A stretch of DNA of 64,000 nucleotides, taken from contig CAIQOK010000067.1 in the NCBI GenBank assembly GCA_903873415.1, positions 13,967 through 77,966 on the forward strand. Direction: 5' to 3'. Within the stretch, counting starts at the first letter, position 1. Each line of letters begins with the position of its first letter. Position numbers and translations under genes: made by a program. Shown one piece after another: positions 19,131 to 29,300 of this stretch. Below the pieces are notes generated by a model. That model was not told the origin of the DNA. It made no database searches and saw only the letters and a list, made by a program, of their open reading frames with translations. This DNA is from an uncultured Verrucomicrobiota bacterium (lineage in GTDB: Bacteria; Verrucomicrobiota; Verrucomicrobiia; Limisphaerales; CAIQOK01).

Positions 19131-20213
19131 ATGAGCACCAAGATTGGCATTATCGGCGCGGGCGGCATGCTCCGCTACCACGCGGCCGGATTCAGATCCG
19201 CCGGCGCGAACATCGTCGCCCTGTGCGACGTCAACCAAGAGTCGGCCCGCAAGGCTGCCGATCGCGAAGGCATCCCCGCCATCTTTGGCGATGTGTCCAA
19301 AATGCTCAAGGAATGCCCCGACATGGAGGCGGTGTCGATCATCGTCCCCAATAAATATCATGCGCCCTTAGCCTTGCAGGCGCTCAAGGCCGGACGGCAT
19401 GTGTTCTGCGAAAAGCCCCCGGCCACCAACGCCCGCGACATCCGGACCATGCTCGCCGCCGCCACCAAGGCGAAAAAGACGCTGATGTTCAACTTCAACA
19501 ACCGCGCCCGCCCCGAGGCCCAAGCCATGATGGACTACATCCGCGCAGGCCAGGTCGGCCGCATCAATTCCGCGCAGGCCAAATGGATCCGCCGCACCGG
19601 CATCCCCGGCTTCGGCGGCTGGTTCACCACCAAGGAGCTTTCCGGCGGCGGCCCGCTCATCGACTTGCTGCACATGCTCGACTTGGCCCTCTATTTCATG
19701 GGCTATCCCGAGCCCGATTACGTGGCCGCCCAGACCTTCAACGACTTCATCACCGACAAATCGTTCAAGGGACCCTGGGGCATTCCCGATGTCGCCAAAG
19801 GCGAGACGGACGTGGAAAACGCCTGCCACGGATTCATCCGCTTTAAAACCGGCCAGATCATCTCGCTGCAAATCTCCTGGGCGGAAATGGTCAAGCGGGA
19901 GGAAGTCTCGGTGGCCTTCCAAGGCACCAAGGCCGGCGGTCTGGTGCAGCGACTCTTCGCCAGCGATGGACTGGACGACACCTCTCTGGACACCTGCGAA
20001 CTTTATGTCCAGGAAAACGGCCGCTCTGTCAACCGCAGCATCACCGTGCCTGCCGATGCCGACATGGGCCGACTGGCCTCGGCGGCCAACTTCGTGCACA
20101 CCTTGGAGAAACGCGCCGAACCGCTCAACACACCGGATCAGGCACTCACTCTGATGCGCATCATCGACGCGGCCTACGCCTCATCCAGCACCGGCAAGCC
20201 GGTGAAGTGTTAA
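19131..20213 (+). CDS. Gfo/Idh/MocA family oxidoreductase (cytoplasmic)
   Basis: MSTKIGIIGAGGMLRYH..., VFCEKPPA. Confidence 0.9.
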   Translation: MSTKIGIIGAGGMLRYHAAGFRSAGANIVALCDVNQESARKAADREGIPAIFGDVSKMLKECPDMEAVSIIVPNKYHAPLALQALKAGRHVFCEKPPATNARDIRTMLAAATKAKKTLMFNFNNRARPEAQAMMDYIRAGQVGRINSAQAKWIRRTGIPGFGGWFTTKELSGGGPLIDLLHMLDLALYFMGYPEPDYVAAQTFNDFITDKSFKGPWGIPDVAKGETDVENACHGFIRFKTGQIISLQISWAEMVKREEVSVAFQGTKAGGLVQRLFASDGLDDTSLDTCELYVQENGRSVNRSITVPADADMGRLASAANFVHTLEKRAEPLNTPDQALTLMRIIDAAYASSSTGKPVKC

Positions 20214-20267
20214 CCCTCAAAATCTAAATGGAGATTTCGAAACTGAACATCACCCACCTCAATTGCT

Positions 20268-21434
20268 ATGAATCTAAAACGTAAACTTCGCATGGGCATG
20301 ATCGGCGGCGGACGCGGGGCCTTCATCGGCACCGTCCACCGCATGGCCGCTTCCTTGGACGGCAAGATAGAACTCGTGGCCGGCTGCTTTTCAGCAGACC
20401 CTGAAAAATCCAAAGCCTCGGGCGAGGATTTTTTCCTGAATTCCTCCCGGGTCTACGGCACCTACCAGGAAATGGCAGCCAAGGAGGCCGCCCTCCCCGC
20501 CGACCAGCGCGTCGATTTCGTCAGCATCGTCACCCGCAACAACACCCATTTCGCCATCGCCAAGGCCTTTCTCGAAGCCGGCTTCAATGTCATCTGCGAC
20601 AAACCCCTGACATTCAATCTGGCCGAAGCCAAGAAGCTCCGCTCCATCGTTCAAAAGAGCGGCAAGGTCTTCGCCCTCACCCACAACTACACCGGCTATC
20701 CAATGGTCAAGGAAGCCCGGGAAATGGTGCGCTCAGGCAAGTTGGGACGCCTGATGAAAGTCGTCGTCGAATACCCCCAGGGCTATGCCATCACCGCACT
20801 GGATGAGAAAGGCGTCAGCAAGATAGCCAACTGGCGGATGGATCCGAGCGTGGCCGGTGCCTCCAACTGCATGGCCGACATCGGCACCCATGCCGAAAAC
20901 CTGGCCCGCTATATCACCGGCCTGGAGATTGAATCAATCGTGGCTGAGCTTTCCACCTTCATTCCCGGCCGGCCGCTGGACGACGACGGCAACTGCCTGA
21001 TCCGTTACAAGGGCGGGGCCAAGGGGATTTTGTACGCGTCCCAGGTTTCCAACGGCGACGAGAACAACCTGAACATCCGCGTCTACGGCACCAAGGCCTC
21101 GCTGGAATGGCATCAGGAGGACCCCAACGAATTGATCGTGAAAGTGGTGAATCAGCCCCGCTCGGTCTACCGCCGCGGCAATAGCTATTTGAGCGCCGCA
21201 GCCCAGTCCAACACCCGCACCCCGTTTGGCCACCCGGAGGCGTTCATCGAAGCCTTCGCCAATGTCTATCTCGCCGCAGCCACAGCCATCGCCGACGAGG
21301 TTTCCGGACGGAAACTCAAAGGCCCCTACGACTTCCCCACCATCGAAGATGGGGTGCATGGAATGGCTTTCATAGAGACGGTGGTCAAGTCGGCCAAGTC
21401 GAATTCCAAGTGGACAAAGTTCGCCAATGTCTGA
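20268..21434 (+). CDS. Gfo/Idh/MocA family oxidoreductase (cytoplasmic)
   Basis: LRMGMIGGGRGAFIGTVHR..., VICDKPLT. C-terminal alpha/beta domain typical of the family. Confidence 0.9.
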   Translation: MNLKRKLRMGMIGGGRGAFIGTVHRMAASLDGKIELVAGCFSADPEKSKASGEDFFLNSSRVYGTYQEMAAKEAALPADQRVDFVSIVTRNNTHFAIAKAFLEAGFNVICDKPLTFNLAEAKKLRSIVQKSGKVFALTHNYTGYPMVKEAREMVRSGKLGRLMKVVVEYPQGYAITALDEKGVSKIANWRMDPSVAGASNCMADIGTHAENLARYITGLEIESIVAELSTFIPGRPLDDDGNCLIRYKGGAKGILYASQVSNGDENNLNIRVYGTKASLEWHQEDPNELIVKVVNQPRSVYRRGNSYLSAAAQSNTRTPFGHPEAFIEAFANVYLAAATAIADEVSGRKLKGPYDFPTIEDGVHGMAFIETVVKSAKSNSKWTKFANV

Positions 21435-22401
21435 AATGATAAACAAAATGAGAAAAACACTGATCCCTTTCCTCGCTGGTGTGGTCCTAGCCTGTCAGGT
21501 TGTAAGCCCGGTTCGGGCCGCCGCCGCCGCCAAAAAAATACTGGTCGTCACCACCACCACGGGCTTCCGCCACAGCGGCTCCATCGCTTCCTCCCAGAAA
21601 GTCCTGCCCCAGCTTGCCGAGCAGAGCAACGGGGCGTTCACCTTCGAGTTTGTCAACCAGCCCAAGGGCAAGCCCGGCGGCCCGCACAAGCCCAAAGACC
21701 TCCCTCCGGGTGCCACTACCGAACAGCAGGCATCCCACAAAGCTGCCTTGGAGCAGTTCTCCAAGGAACAGTCAACCTATGAAGCCGACGAGGCCAAGTG
21801 GAATGAAACCCTCAAGCAGGCACTCATGAAACTCAGCCCTGATTCCCTCAAGAACTACGACGCGGTCATGTTCGCCAATACCACCGGCGACCTGCCCATC
21901 CCCGACAAGGAAGGCTTCCTGAATTGGATCAAGGCGGGCGGAGCGTTCATCGCCGTCCATTCCGCTTCCGACACCTTCCACGGCTGGCCGGGCTACATCG
22001 ACATGCTCGGCGGAGAGTTTCTGACTCACGGCGCGCAAGTGGGCGTGGAATGTTTAAACGTAAACCCTGGACATCCTGCAAACCAAAAACTGGGCCGCAG
22101 CTGGGTTATTTCCCAGGAGGAAATCTACCGGTTCAAGAATTATAATGGCACCAAGGTCAACGACCTGCTCTTTCTGGACAAACATCCCAACGACAAGACC
22201 CCCGGACATTATCCTGTTTCCTGGTCAAAAAATTACGGCAAGGGACATGTGTTCTACACATCCCTTGGGCACCGTGAGGACATCTGGGACGCAGATCCGG
22301 CAATGAAGGACCGCAAAAACCCGGTGGAAGTCAGCCTGGCTTATCAGGCCCACTTGGTGGGCGGAATCAAATGGGCGCTGGGATTGGCGGACTCCAAGTA
22401 G
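21427..22401 (+). CDS. Secreted ThuA-like (trehalose-utilisation family) protein
   Basis: Signal peptide, KKILVVTTTTGFRHSGSI, FIAVHSASDTF, GHVFYTSLGHRED. The start overlaps the upstream stop (ATGTCTGA); ATG 21448 is an alternative. Confidence 0.85.
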   Translation: MSEMINKMRKTLIPFLAGVVLACQVVSPVRAAAAAKKILVVTTTTGFRHSGSIASSQKVLPQLAEQSNGAFTFEFVNQPKGKPGGPHKPKDLPPGATTEQQASHKAALEQFSKEQSTYEADEAKWNETLKQALMKLSPDSLKNYDAVMFANTTGDLPIPDKEGFLNWIKAGGAFIAVHSASDTFHGWPGYIDMLGGEFLTHGAQVGVECLNVNPGHPANQKLGRSWVISQEEIYRFKNYNGTKVNDLLFLDKHPNDKTPGHYPVSWSKNYGKGHVFYTSLGHREDIWDADPAMKDRKNPVEVSLAYQAHLVGGIKWALGLADSK

Positions 22402-22431
22402 GCCGCAGCTCAATCAGGCAGCTTTTTGTTC

Positions 22432-22464
22432 GGCCCGGAAGGAAAAACCTCTCCGGGCCTTTTG
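22432..22464 (+). terminator. Rho-independent terminator candidate after the ThuA-like gene
   Basis: GGCCCGGA (22432..22439), a 12-nt loop, TCCGGGCC (22452..22459), then TTTT. Confidence 0.6.
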
Positions 22465-23065
22465 CTGGCCACCAAAAAACACCCCAGCCGGACGCCTTTC
22501 CGGATTCAACTTATTCGAATCCCTTTGATATCCCCTTGGCCCGTCTCCAATGAAATAGTTCAGTTTTTTCACGCGAAGCTTTCATCTACACCGGGCAGGC
22601 GGATCGGGAATGGGAATCAAACATCCTGCTGGATCGGGCTGGAAGCTCGCGGATTTTCGCACCCAACACCTCCTGATAAACCGGTTTCTCGAAGAGGGCA
22701 TCAATTTCCAACGTATCCGACCGGCGGATGCCTTCAAACTGGCCGATTTTGATCCGCCCGATGACACCCACGCGACATCAACCGCATCGAATGCTACCGG
22801 AGGAAGAACGGGGGCATGCGCGCTTCCGCCACCTCACCAGCGCACCCAATTGGCGCAGCTATTATCTGCCGTTCATCCTCGCCTGGCGCCGCAACGTGGG
22901 CGATATCACTGAAGCCGTGACTATCCCATCCATCGCCTCCTCGAAAGCCTGATGCTGTCATCCGAGATGCTTCGACTCGTTGCGCAATGGGTCACTCGCG
23001 ACCCCAAATGCGTCCATTACAAGGAGCAGATTGCAAGTCACCAAGCTGGACCATCTGGCCGGAGG

Positions 23066-23887
23066 TTAAGCAGGCGTGGCGAGCTTGGGAAAAAAAGCAT
23101 GAGCAGCGGCGCAAGTGCTCTCGCTTAACTCGCCAATCGAGCAGCCCTTGACCTGCCGCACCACCTCTGCGAGCTCCTTTACAAAAGCGGGCTCGCACCG
23201 CCGCCCTCGATGCGGCACCGGCGCGAGAAATGGACTGTCGGTTTCCAGCATGAAACAACCCAGAGGGGCTGCGGCAATCGAGTCCCTCACATTTTGGCCG
23301 TTCTTGAACGTGGCGATGCCGGTAAAACTCACCAACCCGCCCAAAGCCAGCACCCGGGCCAGGGCATCGCGGTCGCCGGCAAAACAGTGAAAGACGCCGC
23401 GTGTTTTGCCGGAAAAACCGATCATCTGCGACAATGTGTCCTCAAAACAATCGCCCCGCTGATGAATCACACAGTTCAATGCGGTTTCGGCGGCGACTTC
23501 AAGATGCTGGCGGAAGAGTATTCCCTGCCTGGCCTTATACCGCTGATCCTCAGTTTCCCCGCCCATTTGCCGGGTGCTGGGGAGTCGGTGGTAATCCAAC
23601 CCCGTCTCCCCCAAAGCCACCACCTTGGGATGCCGCGCCAATTCGCGCAATTGCGGACGAATATCGTCCGGAGCCTCGAGAGCGGCGGAGGGATGCCATC
23701 CGACAGCAGCGAACAAACCGGGATATTGCTCCGCCAACCCAATGGCGCGACGGCTGCTTTCAAGGTCCGTGCCGATGGATATGATTTTGGTTATGCCTGC
23801 TTCGAGAGCGCGGGCGAGAGTCGCCGGCAGGTCGCCGGCAAAATCCGGAGAATCCAAGTGCGCGTGAGTGTCGTAAAAAGGTGTCAT
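23066..23887 (-). CDS. tatD: TatD family metal-dependent hydrolase/DNase
   Basis: MTPFYDTHAHLD..., VALGETGLDYH, CVIHQRGD, VFHCFAG, LETDSPFLAP. ATG at 23887. Confidence 0.9.
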   Translation of the reverse strand: MTPFYDTHAHLDSPDFAGDLPATLARALEAGITKIISIGTDLESSRRAIGLAEQYPGLFAAVGWHPSAALEAPDDIRPQLRELARHPKVVALGETGLDYHRLPSTRQMGGETEDQRYKARQGILFRQHLEVAAETALNCVIHQRGDCFEDTLSQMIGFSGKTRGVFHCFAGDRDALARVLALGGLVSFTGIATFKNGQNVRDSIAAAPLGCFMLETDSPFLAPVPHRGRRCEPAFVKELAEVVRQVKGCSIGELSESTCAAAHAFFPKLATPA

Positions 23888-24276
23888 GTAAAAAAACGCA
23901 GTCCGGCACAGCGCCAGGAACAAATGGGATGAACACAAGAATCATGAAGCCTTGGCTTTTCAATTTCCACTTTCAACATTTTAAGCTTTGAACAAGCCGC
24001 TCGACGCCCATCGCCGGAGTGGCCGCTGACCGGTCAGATCCCGGGCATCCCGGGATCAAGCGCCTGTTCAAGGGCCGGTTGAGAGCATGAATCGGTTTTG
24101 ATTTGCGCCGAGTTTTCACTATCGCTTTTGAAAAGCAATCTGTTTCGGCTCGGGCGTTTTTAGGGGGAGTTTTTTGGTGTTTTGGAGCGCCAGTCCAAAC
24201 TGGTTAGGGGCGATGTGAACTTCAACCTGCGGCGGAAAGTCCTGCATGTGTAGTCGCATCCAGGCCTAAGTCAAAC

Positions 24277-25524
24277 TCAAGGCTGAGGGGCAGCCGGTCC
24301 GGGGAGGAGCATTCGTAACGCGGCCGACAACCGGTCCCGCGCCCAGTCGAGACGCTCCCGGGCATCGGGATCGGACACTGCGGGGCGCAATGCCTCTAAA
24401 AAACGGATTTGGGCCGAGATACGTTGGGGTGGAACGCCGAGCAGACCGTCCCGCGTTCTTAAAGCCTGACCTCCCGCTGAACCCGCATACAATCCCGTCT
24501 GCAGTCCCGTCCCGGCACCGGGCTGCGGGGTGAGTCCTGCCAGCTCGGCCGGCTCCAATCGATCTCCCGACAGGGCTTGAGCCAGGCGCGCCCAGGAAAG
24601 AGGGCTGATGACCTGGGCGTCCAGAGCGTCCCGGAAGGCCGCTTGGGCACGATCGTTTTCCAAGGTCAATTCGGCCAACTGCCCGACTGCGGCACGGCTC
24701 AACTCACCCTCACTGACGGTGTCGTGCTTGAGGGCCGCCGCGCGCAACCAGTCCACCCCGCTGCCACCGGTCAAGCCGGACAGAGTCCAAGCCGAATAAT
24801 CCGGCCATGCCTGGCCGGCGGCGAGCAGCTCGGCTCCAATACTGGAATCCCCAAAGGCCCGCACTAAAACAAAGAGCGGTGCCACTTCCTGCGGCTGGGA
24901 ATGACTGCCCAAGGCCCCGGCCAAAGCCTGCCGGGTGGCGTGGAGAATTTCGGGGCGATACTCTCCAGGCGACAGGGTGTCGAGCCAGCGCGCTGTCAGC
25001 GCCACCTCCATCGGATCGGACACCTGATACAGCTGGGCCTTAAGGGTGTCGCGGGCTACGGCATCACCGGAGGCTGCACACCGTCCCAAAACATCCAAGA
25101 GAACCAATCTCAGGGTTGGATACCCGGCCGCTGCGGCGAGGGTGGGCGGGAGTGGCACTGTTTCAATGCCGGCCATGAACCGGGCAATACCGGCTAATCC
25201 CCCTACTCCGCTTTCCTGCAAACGCATCAGCGCATTCATCCACTCGACGGCACTGACCTCTCCGTCAGCCTTGCTGGCGAGCGCGAAAATTTCATCCAGA
25301 ACAGATCCGGCTGCCGCTCGCGCCTGAAAGACCCGAGTCGGTTCAGAATCAACCGGCACCCGTGCCGCTGCGCTAGGGTCAACGGGCGGCTCCACAGGCG
25401 GCTTCAAGCGGTGGCGGGTCATGATCGCCAAAAAGAGGATCAAAGCAGAAGCCACACCGGGCACCATCCATCTGTTCAGCGCACCGCGTTGCGAACGGGT
25501 TGGAGCCGGACTATTCATCGCCAA
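24277..25524 (-). CDS. Membrane-anchored hypothetical protein (Ala/Leu-rich helical)
   Basis: Long ORF with one N-terminal TM (WMVPGVASALILFLAIM). No family recognised. TTG at 25524, or ATG at 25518. Confidence 0.6.
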   Translation of the reverse strand: MAMNSPAPTRSQRGALNRWMVPGVASALILFLAIMTRHRLKPPVEPPVDPSAAARVPVDSEPTRVFQARAAAGSVLDEIFALASKADGEVSAVEWMNALMRLQESGVGGLAGIARFMAGIETVPLPPTLAAAAGYPTLRLVLLDVLGRCAASGDAVARDTLKAQLYQVSDPMEVALTARWLDTLSPGEYRPEILHATRQALAGALGSHSQPQEVAPLFVLVRAFGDSSIGAELLAAGQAWPDYSAWTLSGLTGGSGVDWLRAAALKHDTVSEGELSRAAVGQLAELTLENDRAQAAFRDALDAQVISPLSWARLAQALSGDRLEPAELAGLTPQPGAGTGLQTGLYAGSAGGQALRTRDGLLGVPPQRISAQIRFLEALRPAVSDPDARERLDWARDRLSAALRMLLPGPAAPQP

Positions 25525-25837
25525 GTCCGTTGTTGAAAGTCCGAACGTTCTTGGAGAATCGCGGCGTCACCGAATCCATGGAGCCGCTGGCAACTCTTAC
25601 CAGCGCGAGTAATTGATGGGTCAAGGGAATGCGCGAATCACTCCCTGCGAAAGACGGCGCGCGCCAACTCGAATTTCGTGTCGCAATCATTGTTCCATAA
25701 ACTTTTCAGCCTGCTCTTTGGGCGGGCAGGCACGATGCGCTTGAGAGCAATCAGGATCCGACCTGGGAGAGAATTTCTGAGAATTCAGCCGCAGGACAGG
25801 AAAAAATGAAAACCCGGTCAGGCGTCACCAGAGCTCT

Positions 25838-25873
25838 GGATCCACCGGATCCACCGGATCCACCGGATCCCCC
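25838..25873. repeat. Tandem 9-bp repeat GGATCCACC, 3 perfect copies plus 1 degenerate copy
   Basis: ctGGATCCACCGGATCCACCGGATCCACCGGATCCCCCgcc read directly. It is intergenic, 29 nt beyond the stop of the DUF2237 gene. Confidence 0.9.
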
Positions 25874-25901
25874 GCCCTGCTCCCGGGGAAACCAGTGGCG
25901 G

Positions 25902-26261
25902 TCACTTCAAAGCATGCGCTTGCAAATCAGCCAGATCCACAAATTCCAAGGCTGAGATCTGGCAGGCGGCCAGAATCACTGACGGAGCGCATCCGTCCGC
26001 CAACGACTCCCGCCAGCGCTCCACACACAGGCACCAACGGTCGCCCGCCTTCAAGCCGGGAAAACCATGCTCAGGCCGCGGCGTGATCAAGTCGTTGCCA
26101 CGCAGGCGGGAATACTCGAGAAACGAGTCGGTCACCTCGGCACAGACGGTGTGCAGACCATGATCGTCAGAACCAGTCCGGCAGAAGCCGTCTCGATAAA
26201 ACCCGGTCATTGGGCTGGTGCAGCAGGGCTCAAGCCGACCGCCTAAAACATTTGTTCTCAT
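25902..26261 (-). CDS. DUF2237 family protein
   Basis: NVLGGRLEPCCTSPMTGFYRDGFCRTGSDDHGLHTVCAEVT...GNDLITPRPEHGFPGLKAGDRWCLCVERW matches the remembered DUF2237 pattern. Confidence 0.85.
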   Translation of the reverse strand: MRTNVLGGRLEPCCTSPMTGFYRDGFCRTGSDDHGLHTVCAEVTDSFLEYSRLRGNDLITPRPEHGFPGLKAGDRWCLCVERWRESLADGCAPSVILAACQISALEFVDLADLQAHALK

Positions 26262-26375
26262 AGAATAAATCCAAACAAAAATGCATTTTCAAGGAGTCTT
26301 AACGGCCATGGGCCCGGTTGAGGCTGGCAGCCCGAGGCGCGGACTCGAATCCTAAATTTTAATAGTGGCTCGGGA

Positions 26376-29300
26376 TCAATCCACAGTAAACTGCACAAAT
26401 CCCAGACGTCCGGCTGACACGGTGATCTTCTGCCTGACCCCGAGGACATCGATGTAATAGTCGGCAGCCGCAGCCGGATGGGTGTAACTCAGTTTGAAGG
26501 CTCCGTTGGCATCCGTTGTGGCAGTGCCTATCAAGTTGGTTGAGGCATTGTAGAGACTGACCCCAAGTCCGGGCCGAGGTGCGCTCTCGAAGAGGGTGGA
26601 ATAGTTCACCTGCCCAATGAAGCCGGGGTTGGCGTAGACAACATTGGTGCTCTGTACCGGTGAGAGATAGCGCGACTGCATGGCCTTTTCCCCATTCCAA
26701 TAAATGCCGTTTGTATAGGATTTATAACTTGGGATGGACAAGCCGGCGGAGAGGGTGCTGGTGGTTCCGGTGGCGGCCTTGGTTGTGGCATTCATGGCCC
26801 AACCATTTGTTCCCTTCCATGCATAATCCAGATGCACCACGATGGCCAGCACGCCGTTGGTCGGCACAACACCTGCCAAGGTGAAGGTCGTCAGGTTGCT
26901 GGCCGTTGTCGGGGCACCCACAGAGAACCCGGTCGTGATGTCTCCACCCAAAGTGACGACGCTGTTTGTCGCCGTGGCGGTGACACGCGTAAAGAGCGCA
27001 TCGTAGCCGCCGTAGACGCTTACCGGCTTGATCCCGGAGAGCATGAGGGGCAGCGGGATGCTTAATGTGGCAGTGACAGAGGTGCCCGGGGTGTCGGAAT
27101 AACCCGCCAGATAATAGAGCTGGCCTGGATTCGCTGCGGCCAATTGATAAGTATTTGTCACCTGCGCGTCCTGCTCAAACAAAAGTGCGAACTCCGTACC
27201 CGTGCGGTTCGTGTCGGCGTCAAAGGAGTTCAAGGCGCCCGTGGCGACGACATTTTGAAACCAGAGTGCAGAGCGCAGTATGTTGAGCGACCCGGCCTTG
27301 TTGGTGATCGAGTAATTCGCGGCGACCCCGTTGGTTGGTGTGATGGGGTAGGCGCCGGGGGCGCTATTGGTGGCGGCCGTGGTGTTGAAGGCAACCGGCG
27401 AAGTAAGCACGGCGGCAGTGTCGGAGTTGACAAACCCGGCATAACTCGCCGAAAAAACAGGGTTCACCGCTCCGGCCACCTTCTGCTTGTTGTCGGCAGT
27501 GATGATGAGCGGGGCCTTGGTAATCACCAGCGAGCCGTTCGTGGTGGCGATGGTATAGTTTGTGTTCACACCGGGGACGACCGTGATCACATTGGTGCCT
27601 ACTCCTGAGGTGGGAGTGGCTGTGGTGGCAAAGGTATAGTTGAGGGTGTCGCCGTTGACCAAGCCAATGGCGGTGGCAGTGAAGATCGGATTGGTGGCAC
27701 CGTAGGCGCGGGTGAATTTCCCGCCGGTCAGCCCGGCGGCCTTGGGAGACACTGTCAGCAAGCCGTTGGTGATGGATATGGAATAATTGGTGTTCGCCCC
27801 CGGGACGACTGTTATATCATAAATACCCACTGGCGAGTTGGTTGCGGCGGTCGTGGTGAGCGTGTAGATGATCGCACTCCCGCCGGTAATCTGGCCCTTA
27901 ACGGTGGCGCGAAGAACCGGATTGGTGGCCCCATAGGCGCGCGTGAGATTTGTGCCGACGATGGATGCCGAGGCCGGGTTTACCACAAGAATATTAGTCG
28001 CGCCGCCGAAATAATTTGTGTTAGTGACTTTGCCGACGACCGTGTAGCTGCCGGCATTGGTCGGGGCAGCGGTCAGACCATTGTAGCTCAACGCGACAGC
28101 CACGTTGGTTGGAGATGTTATCACCGTCACCGCCCGTGCGGTGGCACTATAGGTCTGCACCAGATTGCTCAGGGTGACGGCCACCGGAAGACTGGACACA
28201 ATGGAGAGGGTTCCATTGGTCGCCGAGACCAGGTAATTGGTATTGCTGCCGAGAGTGACGGTGATGGGGTAAACACCAGCTGCTGAATTTGTAAGGGCTG
28301 TGGTTGAAAGTGTGTAGCTGACCACGCTGCCGCCGGGAACCTGCCCCGTCACCACGGCGGTCAAGACGGGATTGGTTGTTCCGAAGAGCCGGCTCTGGTT
28401 GTTTGCCACCACGAAGGCCGGAGCACGGGCAATCACCAGAGTGTTGGTGACAACGGCCACGTAGTTTGTGTCGTTTACAGTTGCAACCACGCTATAACTC
28501 CCAGCGTTGGTGGGAGCGCTGCCAGAACCAGAATAGGTCAAAACACAGGCGAGATTGACAGGGACGGTGACCGCCAAAGCCGGCTTGGCGGCGCCGTCAT
28601 AGGTCTGCGCAAGGTTTGTAATGGATATTGTTGCTGCGGCTTTGGAGACCGTCAGTAGGCCGTTGCTAATTGCGGGCGAATAATTAGGGTTCGACCCAAG
28701 AGTGACGGTAATGGGATAAACACCAACAACAGAGTTGCTATCTGCCGCTGTTGCAAGCGCGTAATTCAAGGTGTCGCCGCCCGGAACCAAGCCGACAACC
28801 GTGGCAGTAAATGTTGGATTTGCGGCACCATAGGCGCGGGAAGTATTCACCGCCGCAACGGAGGCAGCCTTGGGGGTGACCGTCAGAGTCCCAACGCTGC
28901 CCGTCAGGCTGTAGCTTGAATTTGTCAAGACGGGAACCACGTAGATGGGGTAGATCCCCGCACCGGAGAGAGGTGTCGCAGTCGTCGCCAGTGTGTAGGT
29001 CAAATTAGTCACTGGCATCACCCCGGAGGAAGTGAAAACCGGTAAAGGATCCCCGTAGGCTTTATTCGTATTATTCACCGTGACGGCAACGATCTGAGGA
29101 TCGACCGTAAGAGAGCCATTTGTGGCAGAAATGCTGTAATTAGGATTGTTGCCCAGGGTGATGCTGATCGGGTAAACACCCACGCTGGAATTCGACGCCG
29201 CGCTCGATGCCAATGTGTAGGTGATGACAGTTCCACTGGGCACCTGACCGTTTACCACGGCGGAAAACTGGGGGTTGGAAGTGGAATAAGCCCTGTTTGT

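Noticed and set aside
25838-25873. Possible CRISPR array.
   Set aside because: The units are 9 bp and directly abutting, with no spacers. No cas genes are present.
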